DNA of 54,993 bases, counting the filler, from Circinaria calcarea (lineage: Eukaryota): the NCBI GenBank assembly GCA_051942165.1. It is 4 parts of 4 records of this genome, joined end to end, with 100 filler letters (N's around TTAATTAATTAA, not from the genome) between each part and the next. Parts side by side here need not be neighbours in the genome. Positions count along the whole stretch, not along the records: positions 13,806 to 27,498 come from JAVECS010000480.1; 3 more parts are not named here. One strand, given 5' to 3'. The position numbers and the translations under genes were made by a program. The stretch's first letter is position 1, and each line of letters opens with the position of its first letter. The notes below the pieces were generated by a model. That model had not been told where the DNA came from, ran no database searches, and saw only the letters and a program-made list of their open reading frames with translations. Positions 13,807 to 24,312 of this stretch are shown here, piece by piece.

Positions 13807-14256
13807 GTCCCTCCGCATGCTATCATTTTCGATTTTGGCCATTCCACATTCGAGGAGACTTCCATGGATCACTACAAGGGCACCACCTGGTACCTAGCCC
13901 CTGAGATTCTTGACCTTAAGTACCGCCGTAGTCGCACGGCTTACAACTGCGCGGTTGATGTATGGGCAATGGGCCTATCACTCTACCAATTCATTTCCCG
14001 GAAAGACGATTGGGTCGGGCAAGAGAAGGTGATCGATGGGCAAGGAAACATTCGAGATTACCGCCTCACTCGTCTAGAAGCTGTGATTCAAAGCCTCCAG
14101 CAATCGAAGCTAAAAGAGACCGCGGATGTTATTCAGAGAATGCTCGAGATAGAGGTGCGACACCGCATTACAGCTAGAGATGCATGGGAGTCGGTACCAG
14201 CCGAAGAGAAGGAGATGATTGAGTTTGCGGGATCGAAGCGCTCAAGGATAACTTAG
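13807..14256 (+). CDS. Ser/Thr protein kinase, C-lobe only (5' end lost at contig edge)
   Basis: The frame is open from the contig start: HAIIFDFGHS (DFG), GTTWYLAPE (APE), AVDVWAMG (subdomain IX), RMLEIEVRHRITARDA (subdomain XI). Confidence 0.88.
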   Translation, partial: VPPHAIIFDFGHSTFEETSMDHYKGTTWYLAPEILDLKYRRSRTAYNCAVDVWAMGLSLYQFISRKDDWVGQEKVIDGQGNIRDYRLTRLEAVIQSLQQSKLKETADVIQRMLEIEVRHRITARDAWESVPAEEKEMIEFAGSKRSRIT

Positions 14257-15150
14257 AAGGAGTCTGATGCAATGATCAAACGATTGGAAAATATTAGAAA
14301 TAGTTTTGGATTCATGAGAGTTTCAGGATGTTGGACACGACGAAAGATTGCGTACTATTCACCATGGCCGCGCCGTGGCAGTTACAGCTCCTCCACCAGC
14401 TGGCGAAATTGTCACTGATTTGGCGTCCCCTTTGAGATCCGTTGCGAATGCTGTGAGAGCGTTCTGGGACTCGAACTCCGTCAGCGACAGATCCCGAGTA
14501 GCCTCAACGAAAGAAGGCAGCTGCAGGATGCAGCTAGCGTATTCCACGCCCAAGGCTTTGCTGTTGCCCTGGGAATTGTATTGTTGAGGGACCCCAGGGG
14601 CGTCGTCATGGTTGATGTGAACGCATTGGTGGACTCACTGGGGGTGTTGTTCTGGAGCTCACTATCGGAGCCGGTGTGCACCGGTCGTTGCCGATGAAAG
14701 ACCATCAGTGTATGAAGGGTGCTCAGTTCCCACTTCCTAGGTATAGATTTTCTTAAACAGGACTTTATAAGTCCCAGATTTAATGAAATTCGACGAGCTA
14801 TGATTCCTGTGTGAGGGGTCCTCCAGGACCATATTGTAACAATTGACAACGACCTCTGCCCACCCTGCCTTGTATCGAGATCATGGTGGCGAAAGTGATG
14901 AAAGAAGACGCTTTTGTAGAGACTTTGATGGGCCTAGGGTCATCTGCATATTCTATGGCAACGCAGACATTTCAGGTCTGGATTGTGCCCCGTACTCTGT
15001 GATGACCCTCCATTACCCTTGGCGTACTATCAAGCCTAGCACTTAGCTTTTGGCACACAAGCGCGTGATGGGATGTTTCGAGCCAGGATGGAAATTACCG
15101 TGGTCGAGAATTACAGTGCGGTCCGAGAGCAGTCGTAATTTACCGACTTT

Positions 15151-15230
15151 AGGTGGAGGGCGAAACTTTAAAATTACCCCCTCCAGCAAATTATGTGGAG
15201 GGGGTAATTTTAAAGTTTCGCCCTCCACCT
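15151..15230. repeat. Perfect 35-bp inverted repeat with 10-nt loop
   Basis: AGGTGGAGGGCGAAACTTTAAAATTACCCCCTCCA (15151-15185) and its exact reverse complement (15196-15230). Confidence 0.95.
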
Positions 15231-15630
15231 CACTTATATGGCGACGTATCATTGATTGGTATTTTCCATTCTCTATGCGTTTCAAATTGCTTTCGCGGCT
15301 CCTATAGAGTTTCTATTACTATCCCCCTTCATTTCCTTCGCGTCTCCCTTTGTATACTTTACTTGCACGCTCCTTTCTCTACTCTCGGAATCTCAGAACG
15401 TATTTCATAGGTTTCTGGATGTTTACTGCAATACTTCCAAGGAGGAAGAACGCCAATGATGCAACGCCAGCTAAAGGACATATGCGAGAGGTGGACCATG
15501 AAACTGCATAGCCTATATCGGCGTCGCCCCTCCCGGGACTTTCTTCCATTTTCTTGTGTTCAGCTGTTGTTCAGCTGGTGTTGACCCATCTCCTCCCTAT
15601 TTACCTGTCCATCTTCTTGATCCGTTCCTC

Positions 15631-15675
15631 GAATGAAATCTCATCAAATGAAATCTCATCGAATGAAATCTCATC
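15631..15675. repeat. 15-bp tandem repeat x3 (RAATGAAATCTCATC)
   Basis: Three consecutive units; they read DEISF-DEISF-DEISF on the minus strand. Confidence 0.85.
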
Positions 15676-16563
15676 ACGATGTACCTCTGCTTTCATGCCG
15701 TTCAATCCCTCCCTTTCACTTTCCCCCCACTTGGGCCTTTGGCATATGGTGTCCAAGGAGACGAGGATGGTGAAAGATCTCTGGCATAAGAAGACGGATA
15801 CCTCTCTGTTGTAATCAAGCAGTCCATCAACTTCGCCCTTCACTACTCCTTCACCATCCAAGTCATTTCGAACCTCCCACCTTTAGCCTTCTGCTAAGGT
15901 GTCTGCATCCCGTCACACCTCCCAAAGCATCTCCTCTCATTTCGATGACAATACGAACATCTCGCTGAACCTCATCTCCGAAGTTTCGCCGGTCACCCTG
16001 CCATACCTAAACTAATTCTCGTCCATACAAAACTCCCCACTCTGATTCTCGTCGTTTACGCAAAATTCAGTCACGGTCCGCCCTCTGGAGTGCCATCGAG
16101 GCGGGTGAGCAGAAGTCGTTGCCGAAAATAATAGTATAATGCTGATGCCCTCCCCCTGTTCAATTGCATCTTATCAATGTTGTAAAACTTTGAACGTATA
16201 TAACTTCTGTTAGGAGACTTGGTCTCTAGGCATTTTATTGTGTACGGGTACAGGATAAGCTCTAGGTACTAATTATCTCTTGTCAGCTGCCTTTTGCACA
16301 CCCGCATCGTATAACAGTCACAGTTTAGGGGCTGGATTGGACTGTTTGGATATCAATAGCGCAGGGGCATAGTAAAGCACTCGAAGTCATATATGGGAGG
16401 CAGAAGGACCACGAAGTCATAGCTGTACATCGATAGACATTCTGGGACAAGGAAGATGGGAAAAATTGAAATGAACTTCAAACTGGAGACATGATTTCAT
16501 TATCAAAGATTAGCTAGCTAGCTATGTTTGTAAATGCAAAATCTGCTATGCTAACAAACCAAT

Positions 16564-19500
16564 CTAATTCCTCCGCCTCGTTGCTGGCTTCAATGGGACC
16601 CGCTCGTATTGCTCCCCGGAGATGTCAAGTCGCTGATGCATCCAACTCGGGTCCACCTCCAACCTCGCAAGGGATCCGATCTTGTGATGATGATTCACAA
16701 GTCTCTCCCACTGCGCTCCCCCCTTCTTTTCACTCCCATCCTTCGCCATCTCTTCGTCCCCCACAACCACCAAACCATCCCTTGCCCTTGAAAGGGCAAC
16801 ATGCATCCGCTCGGTATTCGTGATGAATCCGAGTTTGTACTTTGATCCTCCTGGAGTTGCAGTATCCAGGACAACGAACTGGTACTCCTTTCCTTGGGAA
16901 GTGTCGACGGTTAGTAGCTGCACTCCAGGTTTCTTGATGGCTCGGTGGCACTCCAACTGGGCGGCGTAGTAACTAAGGATGGCGATCTCCTGCGGCTTGG
17001 CTCCGGCATCGAGTAGACTGTCCACAACCTGAGCGATGGCTTCCAAGTACCAAGGATTGACGAGGGAGTGGCTTCGCTTTGTTCGGTACAGCCTGGAGTA
17101 AGGAACGTGCAAGAAGAGTGTTTGCTTCGGGGAGATGGTGCGATGATATTGGCCAAGAAATCGGGTAAAGATTGCTTTCCCCGGCCGATTGGACACGCTG
17201 GAGTGGTTGATCAGTCTCCCATCATTGAACTCACTGTTCACAAACTCCGCAATGTCGGGACACATCCTATACTGCACCCTCAAAGCAACATATTCGATCC
17301 CGGTATCCATTAGTCTGGTCATGCCGCTCATGCCCACTGTCTTGGAGAACTCATTGTGCTCTTCGTCGATGACCAAGGGCGGGAGTTGTCTCGGGTCGCC
17401 GAGTAGGATGACTTTCTTCAGCCGTGGGAGCAGTCTTGCCACACAAGCCACGAGTTCGTATTCCTTGATTTGGGCGGCCTCGTCCACAATCAAGGTGTGC
17501 CGCCAACATTGTCGTAGGAACCTCGCTGCAGATGTTGCTCCTGTGACGAAGATTACCCTGGAGTTCTGGGCGTAGAATCGTTGCAAGTGGAGAAGTGCCT
17601 TGTCAAACTGTCTCTTCAATTTGTACTGGTAGCGCATCAAGGCATCCTGGGCACTCTCTCCAACTCCTACCTCCATCAGCTGCCTTATCATTTGACGGAG
17701 ATCTTCAGGGTAGGTATTGCTGATGTCCTCTTCCAAACGGGTTATACTCAGTTGAGCATCGATGAGGCTGGCCATCAAAGCCTTCTCGCTCCCGCTCAGT
17801 GGGGGATCTACCTGTCTGCCTGATCGCAGTGCTTCCAGACGGTCTATCATGTGAGCTGAGAAGGAGAGGGGGTCACTCTCGAACTTCAAGGTCTCTTTTA
17901 AGTAATTTTCAAAATTACTGATCATTTGATCACTAATGTCGTAGAGATCTTGAACCGGGGCAACGTCGAAGTTGTCTAGTACGTCGCCGTCGTCATCTGC
18001 TTGATCCACGTCCTCGTCAGCCAAATGGTACCCGGCAATACTCTCCAGATCACCAGCCCGAACCCGAAAGATATCATGGTTAGGCATCTGTCTCCTTGTC
18101 AGCTCCTCCATCACACCGTTGCAAACTATATCAACTCCGGCATTGTTTGTTGCCACTAGCTCGACTGGATATTTCCGGGTCAAACAAAAGATGATGATCT
18201 GAATCGCAATCAGGGTCTTCCCCGTGCCTGGTGGTCCTCTGCAAATGGTCATCTTGGCTCTGGGATTATCACCTAACGCTAAAGCTCTCTGAAAGGCGTC
18301 TTGCTGTTCGCTGTTGAATCCTATGGCTGCAAGTTGGTCAGGCCTAAGCGGGTCCGGAATTGATCCTCTATCCTGGGTCCAAACATTCCTGTTCTCGTGG
18401 GCCAAAAGAAGTTCGTTAAACCACTTGACGTCAACTCCACCGTACATGGCCTTCTGGACACCTTTCTTCGCCGCCAGATATGGGGTGTGTGCCGGACCGA
18501 ACTCAAAACGTCCATTCAGGTTGACTAACGTTCTACCGGACGGTCCAGTCGACAGCTTGACGCACATCAGTAGTTTGTATCCTTGGGATGCGATGACTTT
18601 TCCCACGAAATCCGAGTCACCACTGGAGATCCTGACCTGGGTATTGGTGGATGGTGCCTGGATGAAGTTGTGCTGTTCCTCAATGGCTTCCTGGATGTCA
18701 AGGTGTACAAAATAGGTCTCAGTCAACCTCGTTGATGCGCGTATTGTTGACATTGGGATGAGCTGAAATCCCCATCTCTGGTTAACATACCCAAGCCGGA
18801 TCCTTTCACCATACTGGTAGTCACGGAGCACCGCGCCAACATGGAACACCTCATACAATCCGGGATGCTCAAACCGTGACAAAGCAAACATGGGGAAGAC
18901 TCTGTACGGTGTTGCTAGCGGTGGGAGAGGTGACTCATGCGGAGATTCACGTTGGCCATGGAATTTCCCGAGATATGTTTCCTCATTGCAATCGTCGATA
19001 CTGATCACGGCTCCCTGGTTAGGATATGGACCCTTGGCATACCGGTGGAATGGCCTAGGAGGGGGATGGGGCAACGCTGTTAGGAATTTCCACGCCTCCA
19101 ATACAGATCCGTGACCGGCTACGAACACTCTGATCTTAGATACATCCGCCCGAGCTAGCTTTCGCCATAGTCGCATGAATTGATTGACCGATTCTTCCTG
19201 TTGCTTGTCCAGTCTTTCGGGCCTGATCAGGCGACTTTGGGTATCAAATGCCGCAGGCTTGAAGCTTGATGCCCAAGAAACGAGAGTGGGAACACTTGAC
19301 CGGGTTCGGTGGAAATTCTTCGCGTTTTCCACATAATCTGGATAGGTACTGCCTGTCTTGTACTCAACATCCTGTAACATATAAGAGAATGTGTATCTGC
19401 CTGGCGGTGCAAGGTCCGGATAGGTCGTGGGGGTGCGCTGCGCCTGTGGAGTTTCTTCTGTCCATGCCATGTATATGATGGATGATGTTGGTCTACATGC

Positions 19501-19791
19501 TATTTCGTCCTTGTTGAAGAATTTTGGGTTAGGAAAGGCCTGTAAGCGGAACTGTGGGATATCTGCACCACCGTAGATGTTAAAGTGGATCTTGATCTCG
19601 TCAGTGGGAAAGATTATGAGGGGGGTTTCGCTGTTATTCGGTTTGAATTGTATGACACATGGAGCATCCCAGGAAACAAACTGCTGCCAGAACAGCGACT
19701 TTCCCTTGGAGCCATTCTGGAATGACCTTTGGCTCCCTTGGCGTAGTTGCATGGTGAAGTGCTCCAAGGCTCGCATATCCAGGTAAGACAT
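16564..19791 (-). CDS. Intronless Upf1/Sen1/DNA2-like superfamily 1B helicase (AAA_11/AAA_12 type) with an unrecognised N-terminal half
   Basis: Single ORF of about 1075 aa from ATG 19791, with motifs in order: FNSEQQDA (Q), GPPGTGKT (I), VATNNAGVD (Ia), IVDEAAQ (II), LGDPRQLPP (III), QYRM (IV), ILSYYAAQ, TVDTSQGKE (V), RMHVALSRAR (VI). Confidence 0.92.
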   Translation of the reverse strand: MSYLDMRALEHFTMQLRQGSQRSFQNGSKGKSLFWQQFVSWDAPCVIQFKPNNSETPLIIFPTDEIKIHFNIYGGADIPQFRLQAFPNPKFFNKDEIACRPTSSIIYMAWTEETPQAQRTPTTYPDLAPPGRYTFSYMLQDVEYKTGSTYPDYVENAKNFHRTRSSVPTLVSWASSFKPAAFDTQSRLIRPERLDKQQEESVNQFMRLWRKLARADVSKIRVFVAGHGSVLEAWKFLTALPHPPPRPFHRYAKGPYPNQGAVISIDDCNEETYLGKFHGQRESPHESPLPPLATPYRVFPMFALSRFEHPGLYEVFHVGAVLRDYQYGERIRLGYVNQRWGFQLIPMSTIRASTRLTETYFVHLDIQEAIEEQHNFIQAPSTNTQVRISSGDSDFVGKVIASQGYKLLMCVKLSTGPSGRTLVNLNGRFEFGPAHTPYLAAKKGVQKAMYGGVDVKWFNELLLAHENRNVWTQDRGSIPDPLRPDQLAAIGFNSEQQDAFQRALALGDNPRAKMTICRGPPGTGKTLIAIQIIIFCLTRKYPVELVATNNAGVDIVCNGVMEELTRRQMPNHDIFRVRAGDLESIAGYHLADEDVDQADDDGDVLDNFDVAPVQDLYDISDQMISNFENYLKETLKFESDPLSFSAHMIDRLEALRSGRQVDPPLSGSEKALMASLIDAQLSITRLEEDISNTYPEDLRQMIRQLMEVGVGESAQDALMRYQYKLKRQFDKALLHLQRFYAQNSRVIFVTGATSAARFLRQCWRHTLIVDEAAQIKEYELVACVARLLPRLKKVILLGDPRQLPPLVIDEEHNEFSKTVGMSGMTRLMDTGIEYVALRVQYRMCPDIAEFVNSEFNDGRLINHSSVSNRPGKAIFTRFLGQYHRTISPKQTLFLHVPYSRLYRTKRSHSLVNPWYLEAIAQVVDSLLDAGAKPQEIAILSYYAAQLECHRAIKKPGVQLLTVDTSQGKEYQFVVLDTATPGGSKYKLGFITNTERMHVALSRARDGLVVVGDEEMAKDGSEKKGGAQWERLVNHHHKIGSLARLEVDPSWMHQRLDISGEQYERVPLKPATRRRN

Positions 19792-20629
19792 TGCTGCTGA
19801 TTTATTTCTGTCCTTGGATTGTGTGGATAGACGAAGAATCAAAGGATGTGCAGTAGAGGCTATGGGGAAGAGATGGTGGATGAGAATGCAGTGGATGGAA
19901 TATGGTCTTGAGTGGACTGTTGTGTGGATGAGATGGGTAGAAAGAGGAGGGTTAGGGGGTGCTTTATACCTTTCCTCGAAGCTAGTTGCCCAGTACCGGC
20001 CATGACGGTTGAGACTTAGCTTGCGCGATTAATATCATGAGACTCCGTGTAATCTTGACCTTCCAATGGATGGATAACGATGCTATACCGTTCAGGGAAG
20101 CGAGAGCCCACCCGGGTAATCGGTTTTTGCCGTTGGTAAGACTACCCGGGTCATAGGTAGTAGAGATTCGGTTAATACTTGCTGGAACTTACAATCTCCT
20201 GCCTCGTCTCGACTTGATCCTTCAATAGTCGAACTTCATATTTGAGGGGCCATAGGCAGAAAATGTAAGAACTCGTAAGCTTCTTTCTCGATTTGGCTTT
20301 GTCTCAAAGATAGTAGGCTAAGTATATGTACTAAGGTGAGATCAATGTCCCAACGCGTTGAGTTACCTCGCCTAGGTCAAGCTTCTGAGTTACTGGCCCG
20401 AGTCTCCCTAGCTGACGTAGTACCATTCCGACCTGAATACCCTCAATGTGCACCAGATAGCACTCGCAACTCCAATCACGTGATCTGTATGCGTTGTTGG
20501 GCAGCAAATTTTTAAACAATCCGTGTCTAGCAGGGCTTCTGGTGGGCGGCTAGGGGGTGTAACCATCGTGAGGATGACTTGTAAGAGGCGAGATGGATAA
20601 GGTGTTTGCAGGTATGGTCTAGGTAATCG

Positions 20630-21130
20630 TTAGCCCGTTTGTAATAAGAGTTCAAGCCAGCTCATCGAGCAAAAACGTAGCTGCAAACACGACCAGGTGT
20701 CTTTCATAATTCTTTTATATATTTTTGGGCAACTATCAGGATGACCTGATTGCCAAGTATCCCTGCCTCGTATCTTAAGATACTGCCACTGCCTTGGCTT
20801 TTCCATTGCTTTTATGGCGAGCATCAGACCAGTGTATCATATATACGCGAGTAGGGACTTTTGCTGAAATCGCTCGGACCTATTCCACAAAGCTGAGGTC
20901 GATGCTGAGGTCGATGCTGCAGGAGGAAGGTGTTAGAATGGCCTTTCTGTCGAAGAAGGAAGAATGAACCTACCTGCATACCACACATTACTGCCATCAG
21001 GAAACGACAAAGCCGACCGCAGTTTCTTGCATACTTAAGAGAGGTCCTACAGCGAGATAGGCTCAAGGTAGCTACATATGGATGTATATGCCACCACTCG
21101 TATTCATCAGGGCGGTACCAACCTGCTCTA
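20630..21130 (-). pseudogene. Probable F-box protein pseudogene
   Basis: Minus-strand SICSYLEPISL*DLS*VCKKLRSALSFPDGSNVWYA (21082-20974) fits the F-box pattern. A GT-AG intron follows, then a further stop-interrupted exon in frame with ORF 20630-20824. Confidence 0.55.
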
Positions 21131-21462
21131 ACTGGGGATCAGCCTATGTACTAGAGACATATGGAAGCAGTCATTACCATTCATATCTATATTGCCATGT
21201 TGTAAACCACTAGAACGCATCAGGTCTTTTCTCTCACACGAAGGGTAAGAGCGACAACCTATCCCGAGTCAGCCATATTGTATTGCATCGGCCGTCTTTG
21301 AATTTTACCTGTATCAAGGCCAAGGCTGCAGCTACCTCATCCTCGTCCGTTCTCAAGATAAATTTCCGTGATCTACAGCTATGTCGATGGAAAGCGTGAC
21401 ATTACAAACACAGTTCAGATCGAGTAAGCCCATTCGCGTTAGTAAAACCCTAGAAGATATTG

Positions 21463-21584
21463 ATTAATATGTGGAAATTTGTGTGGACGAGAATTAGTAT
21501 GGGGGAGATTTGTGTGGACGAGAATTAGTATGGGGAATTTATGTGGACGAGAATTAGTATGGGGGAAATTTTGTGTGGAGACGA
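21463..21584. repeat. ~30-bp tandem array x4 (ATTAGTATGGGGGARATTTGTGTGGACGAGA)
   Basis: Four head-to-tail imperfect copies with no unique spacers. Confidence 0.9.
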
Positions 21585-22363
21585 GTCTGGAACCGGAACA
21601 TAAATTCGCCGGGCAGCCCAATGGTATTAATGTTCTGCTTGCATTGCATCCTCTTTTTTGAATGTGCTGGATAGGACGTTCAGGGACGGAGAGATGGAGA
21701 AAGAGATAGCATACGTGTTAGAGAATAATAGTTCTATAATATATACTGGCTCGTTATTTCCTTTTTTAAAAAACATTATGGCTTGAGAGAAATACGTTAC
21801 TCAAAACAAACCCTAAAATTACCGTCTCTATGTAATTTGCTGGAGGTGACTTAGTAAGTGACTACTGAGTCACACAGATCGTGTTGACTACCGAAGAACA
21901 ACAGCAGCATAATGACTGTGCACAAGAAGGGTCTCTATTACTCCAATCCAACGATCTCCTAAGTCATTAACGTTTGCCCAGGAGAGACTTAACTAAACGC
22001 AAAGCAAGAAGAGCCAACGACAACTGCCTCCCCGTATTATTATTCTTGATTCCCATTCCCATTCACCTCCTTCCAGTACGACAACGCTAAAAGTGCCGAC
22101 AATCCCATATCTGCCCTATGTATCCGGGAGAGGTCCTTCCGCCCACCAGGACGTGATTGGAAGTAAAACTATGCAGAAAGACAAGTCTCATTTCCAGTCA
22201 ACTTAAACTAAGCAAGAGAACTCTTTCATCTCCCATCCATCCCTATACATTCTCCACCTGCACTAGCGCATTACCAAACATCTGTCCTAGTCATTTCGCA
22301 GAGGATCTCGGAAAGGTAAACCGGTAGAAACTATGTCATACACCACAAAAGATGGTAACTTAC

Positions 22364-22636
22364 AGATGTCGGGATAATCATGACATAGCACCACGAACGC
22401 CAAAATCTGCTTCAAGTGTGCTTTCTTCAAACACGGCTCCTCCAATTCAACACGGCCACAAGACGGCCCTCCCAGACTTCCCGAAGCCCACTCCAAACCC
22501 TGAAAGGTCACCATCCCATCTGTGAAGACAACATTCCTCGTACCCGGTCGGAGACTAGGGATGCTGAACGTAGGAGGGGTGGTGTTCGTTTGACTACAAA
22601 TTCGATATAGATCGCAGGCGTAGTCACAGCTTCCAC
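22364..22636 (-). other. Exon-like segment encoding a possible double-stranded RNA-binding-domain-like peptide
   Basis: Bounded by a GCTGAC...CTAG acceptor and a GTAAGT donor. Open frame DYACDLYRICSQTNTTPPTFSI...VFTDGMVTF...GGPSCGRVE...LKKAHLKQILAFVVL has alpha-beta-beta-beta-alpha dsRBD-like spacing. No clean start exon found. Confidence 0.3.
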
Positions 22637-23196
22637 CTAGTAAATGTCAGCTGGCATTGGAAGCAAGACGTATGTAGGATATGTCTTTATTACCTGCAGT
22701 GCTCCTGCCGTGGCAACGGCGATTGAAGGGGAGGCTAATGGTGTAGCGATGCCGCGAAGATCTCGAACCGGGTTTAGGCCGAAGTTGTCCAGCGTGTCCT
22801 CAGTGCCTCCATACGGTCTAGCATGTGAGCAAAGAATGAAAGGGGTCATCTTCAAACTTCAAAGTCTCCTTTAAGTAGTTTTCGAGGTCGCTAGCTCGAA
22901 TTCAGAAGTGCCAAATATTTATAAAGGGAAAAGGAAAAGTACGACAAGATTGTGGGACGAGAATAAGAAGAATTGAACAAGGTTGTCTCTTATATATGTC
23001 TGTATGCATGCAAATAAGTAAAGATATAACACTCAAGGTTGAGAAAGACCTTTAAAGATAATGTAGACGGATGGAGATCAAGGAACTTTACCAGCCATAG
23101 GAAATCCTAGGTGCTGGTAGTCAGGGAGCACCGCGTAAATATAATACACCTTATACGCGCCGGAATATTCAAAATGTGGAAAAATATATAAAGAAG

Positions 23197-23485
23197 ATTG
23201 AGTTTTACATAATTGGATTTCCGCCCAATCCGTAAGATAGTGGGAGGGCATTTCCATTAGAACCGCGTTCGAATTCCTATTTGCCATGAGTTTAATGATT
23301 TGCGTTCCCACGTGGGAACGGAAATAAGCTTTCAATACTGAGTTATGCGTGGTTTTACTACCGCTTAGTCTGTGAGAAGATAAGGGGTCATTCCCATGAG
23401 TACTGGTATTCGAATTCCTATTTGCCATAAGTTTAGTGATTTGCGTTCCCATGTGGGAGCGGAAATAAGCTTACAATACTGAGTT
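23197..23485. repeat. Diverged tandem duplication (~140-bp period, 2 copies) containing an 18-bp palindrome
   Basis: TTCGAATTCCTATTTGCCAT...GGAAATAAGCTT.CAATACTGAGTT starts at both 23268 and 23409. CGTTCCCACGTGGGAACG is at 23303-23320. Confidence 0.88.
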
Positions 23486-23872
23486 CTGAATAGTTAGCTG
23501 ACCCGTCATAGCGGGATCTGGCTGTAGATCACTGGGGCTGTTCCGGATATTTCTTCTTCTCGGATCGCTTCCCAGGTCATCCAGATTATCTTCTTGGAGA
23601 TCCTCTCGTCGATGTTCCTCTTCGGAGTCATTATTCCCTGACCCCGAAGAATGTCCAAAAATACCGACCCGTCTCTTCCTCTTTTTTCTTGAGACTGGTT
23701 CATTATCTGAATTCTCCTGACCTGACTCATCCTGCTGCTTCTCCTTCCTAATTCGTGGTGTAAATATAGGAGGTACGGTTGTTGGCGGATTGGTGGTCGA
23801 CGGTTGCTGCAAGCGCTGTACTGCTACATGAAACTTCTGCAGAAAGAACTTTCGGGTTTTTGGCTTGGACAA
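23471..23872 (-). CDS. Hypothetical charged low-complexity ORF or gene remnant
   Basis: 133-aa open frame with basic NLS-like (RKKRKRR) and acidic tracts. Non-ATG start; no recognisable domain. Confidence 0.2.
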   Translation of the reverse strand: MSKPKTRKFFLQKFHVAVQRLQQPSTTNPPTTVPPIFTPRIRKEKQQDESGQENSDNEPVSRKKRKRRVGIFGHSSGSGNNDSEEEHRREDLQEDNLDDLGSDPRRRNIRNSPSDLQPDPAMTGQLTIQNSVL

Positions 23873-24238
23873 TGCGCTGAGAATCGAGGTAATAAACTAC
23901 ATAATTATATAAACCCTTTTGTGGGTGATATCGGCTGTATACAATTGGTAGAGAGTAGATAGGTGAGAGTTAAAATATCGATACGACTAATTAAGTAATC
24001 CTGCCAGAAATTTTGTTGGCCGCGTGGCTTAAGTTCCTATCGACAAATATCAAGAGAATGATCATATATAACGGTAAACCTCCGGCGTACTATGAGTCGG
24101 AACCATCAAGATCTGGTGGCTTGAGGGAATGGCCGAGTTGTCATTTATTGGGAAAGGGAAAAGGAGAAGCAGAGGGGCAAGTTCGGTGGGAGATGAACCC
24201 TTTGGGTGATTGATTGAATAAAATGTGAAGAAAATATA

Positions 24239-24312
24239 AATCAAATGGGAATCAAATGGGAACCAAATGGGAACCAAATGGGAATTAAATGGGATTCAAG
24301 TGTGAATCAAAT
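24239..24312. repeat. 11-bp tandem array (AATCAAATGGG-like, ~6 copies)
   Basis: aatcaaatggg aatcaaatggg aaccaaatggg aaccaaatggg aattaaatggg, followed by degenerate copies. Confidence 0.88.

Noticed and set aside
14340..15050. Short minus-strand ORFs downstream of the kinase
   Set aside because: Stop-interrupted and no recognisable motif; may be a gene relic, but I cannot support a call.
15601..15861. 86-aa ORF with DEISF repeats as a gene
   Set aside because: Non-ATG start, stops on both sides and no family motif; only the DNA repeat is reported.
15151..19791. Helitron (helicase plus 3' hairpin)
   Set aside because: Helicase motifs are Upf1-type (DEAAQ, GDPRQLPP, QYRM), not PIF1-type; I see no HUH Rep motifs; the hairpin is much longer than a Helitron terminal hairpin.
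21463..21584. CRISPR-like array
   Set aside because: Eukaryotic DNA, units are head-to-tail with no unique spacers, and there are no cas genes.
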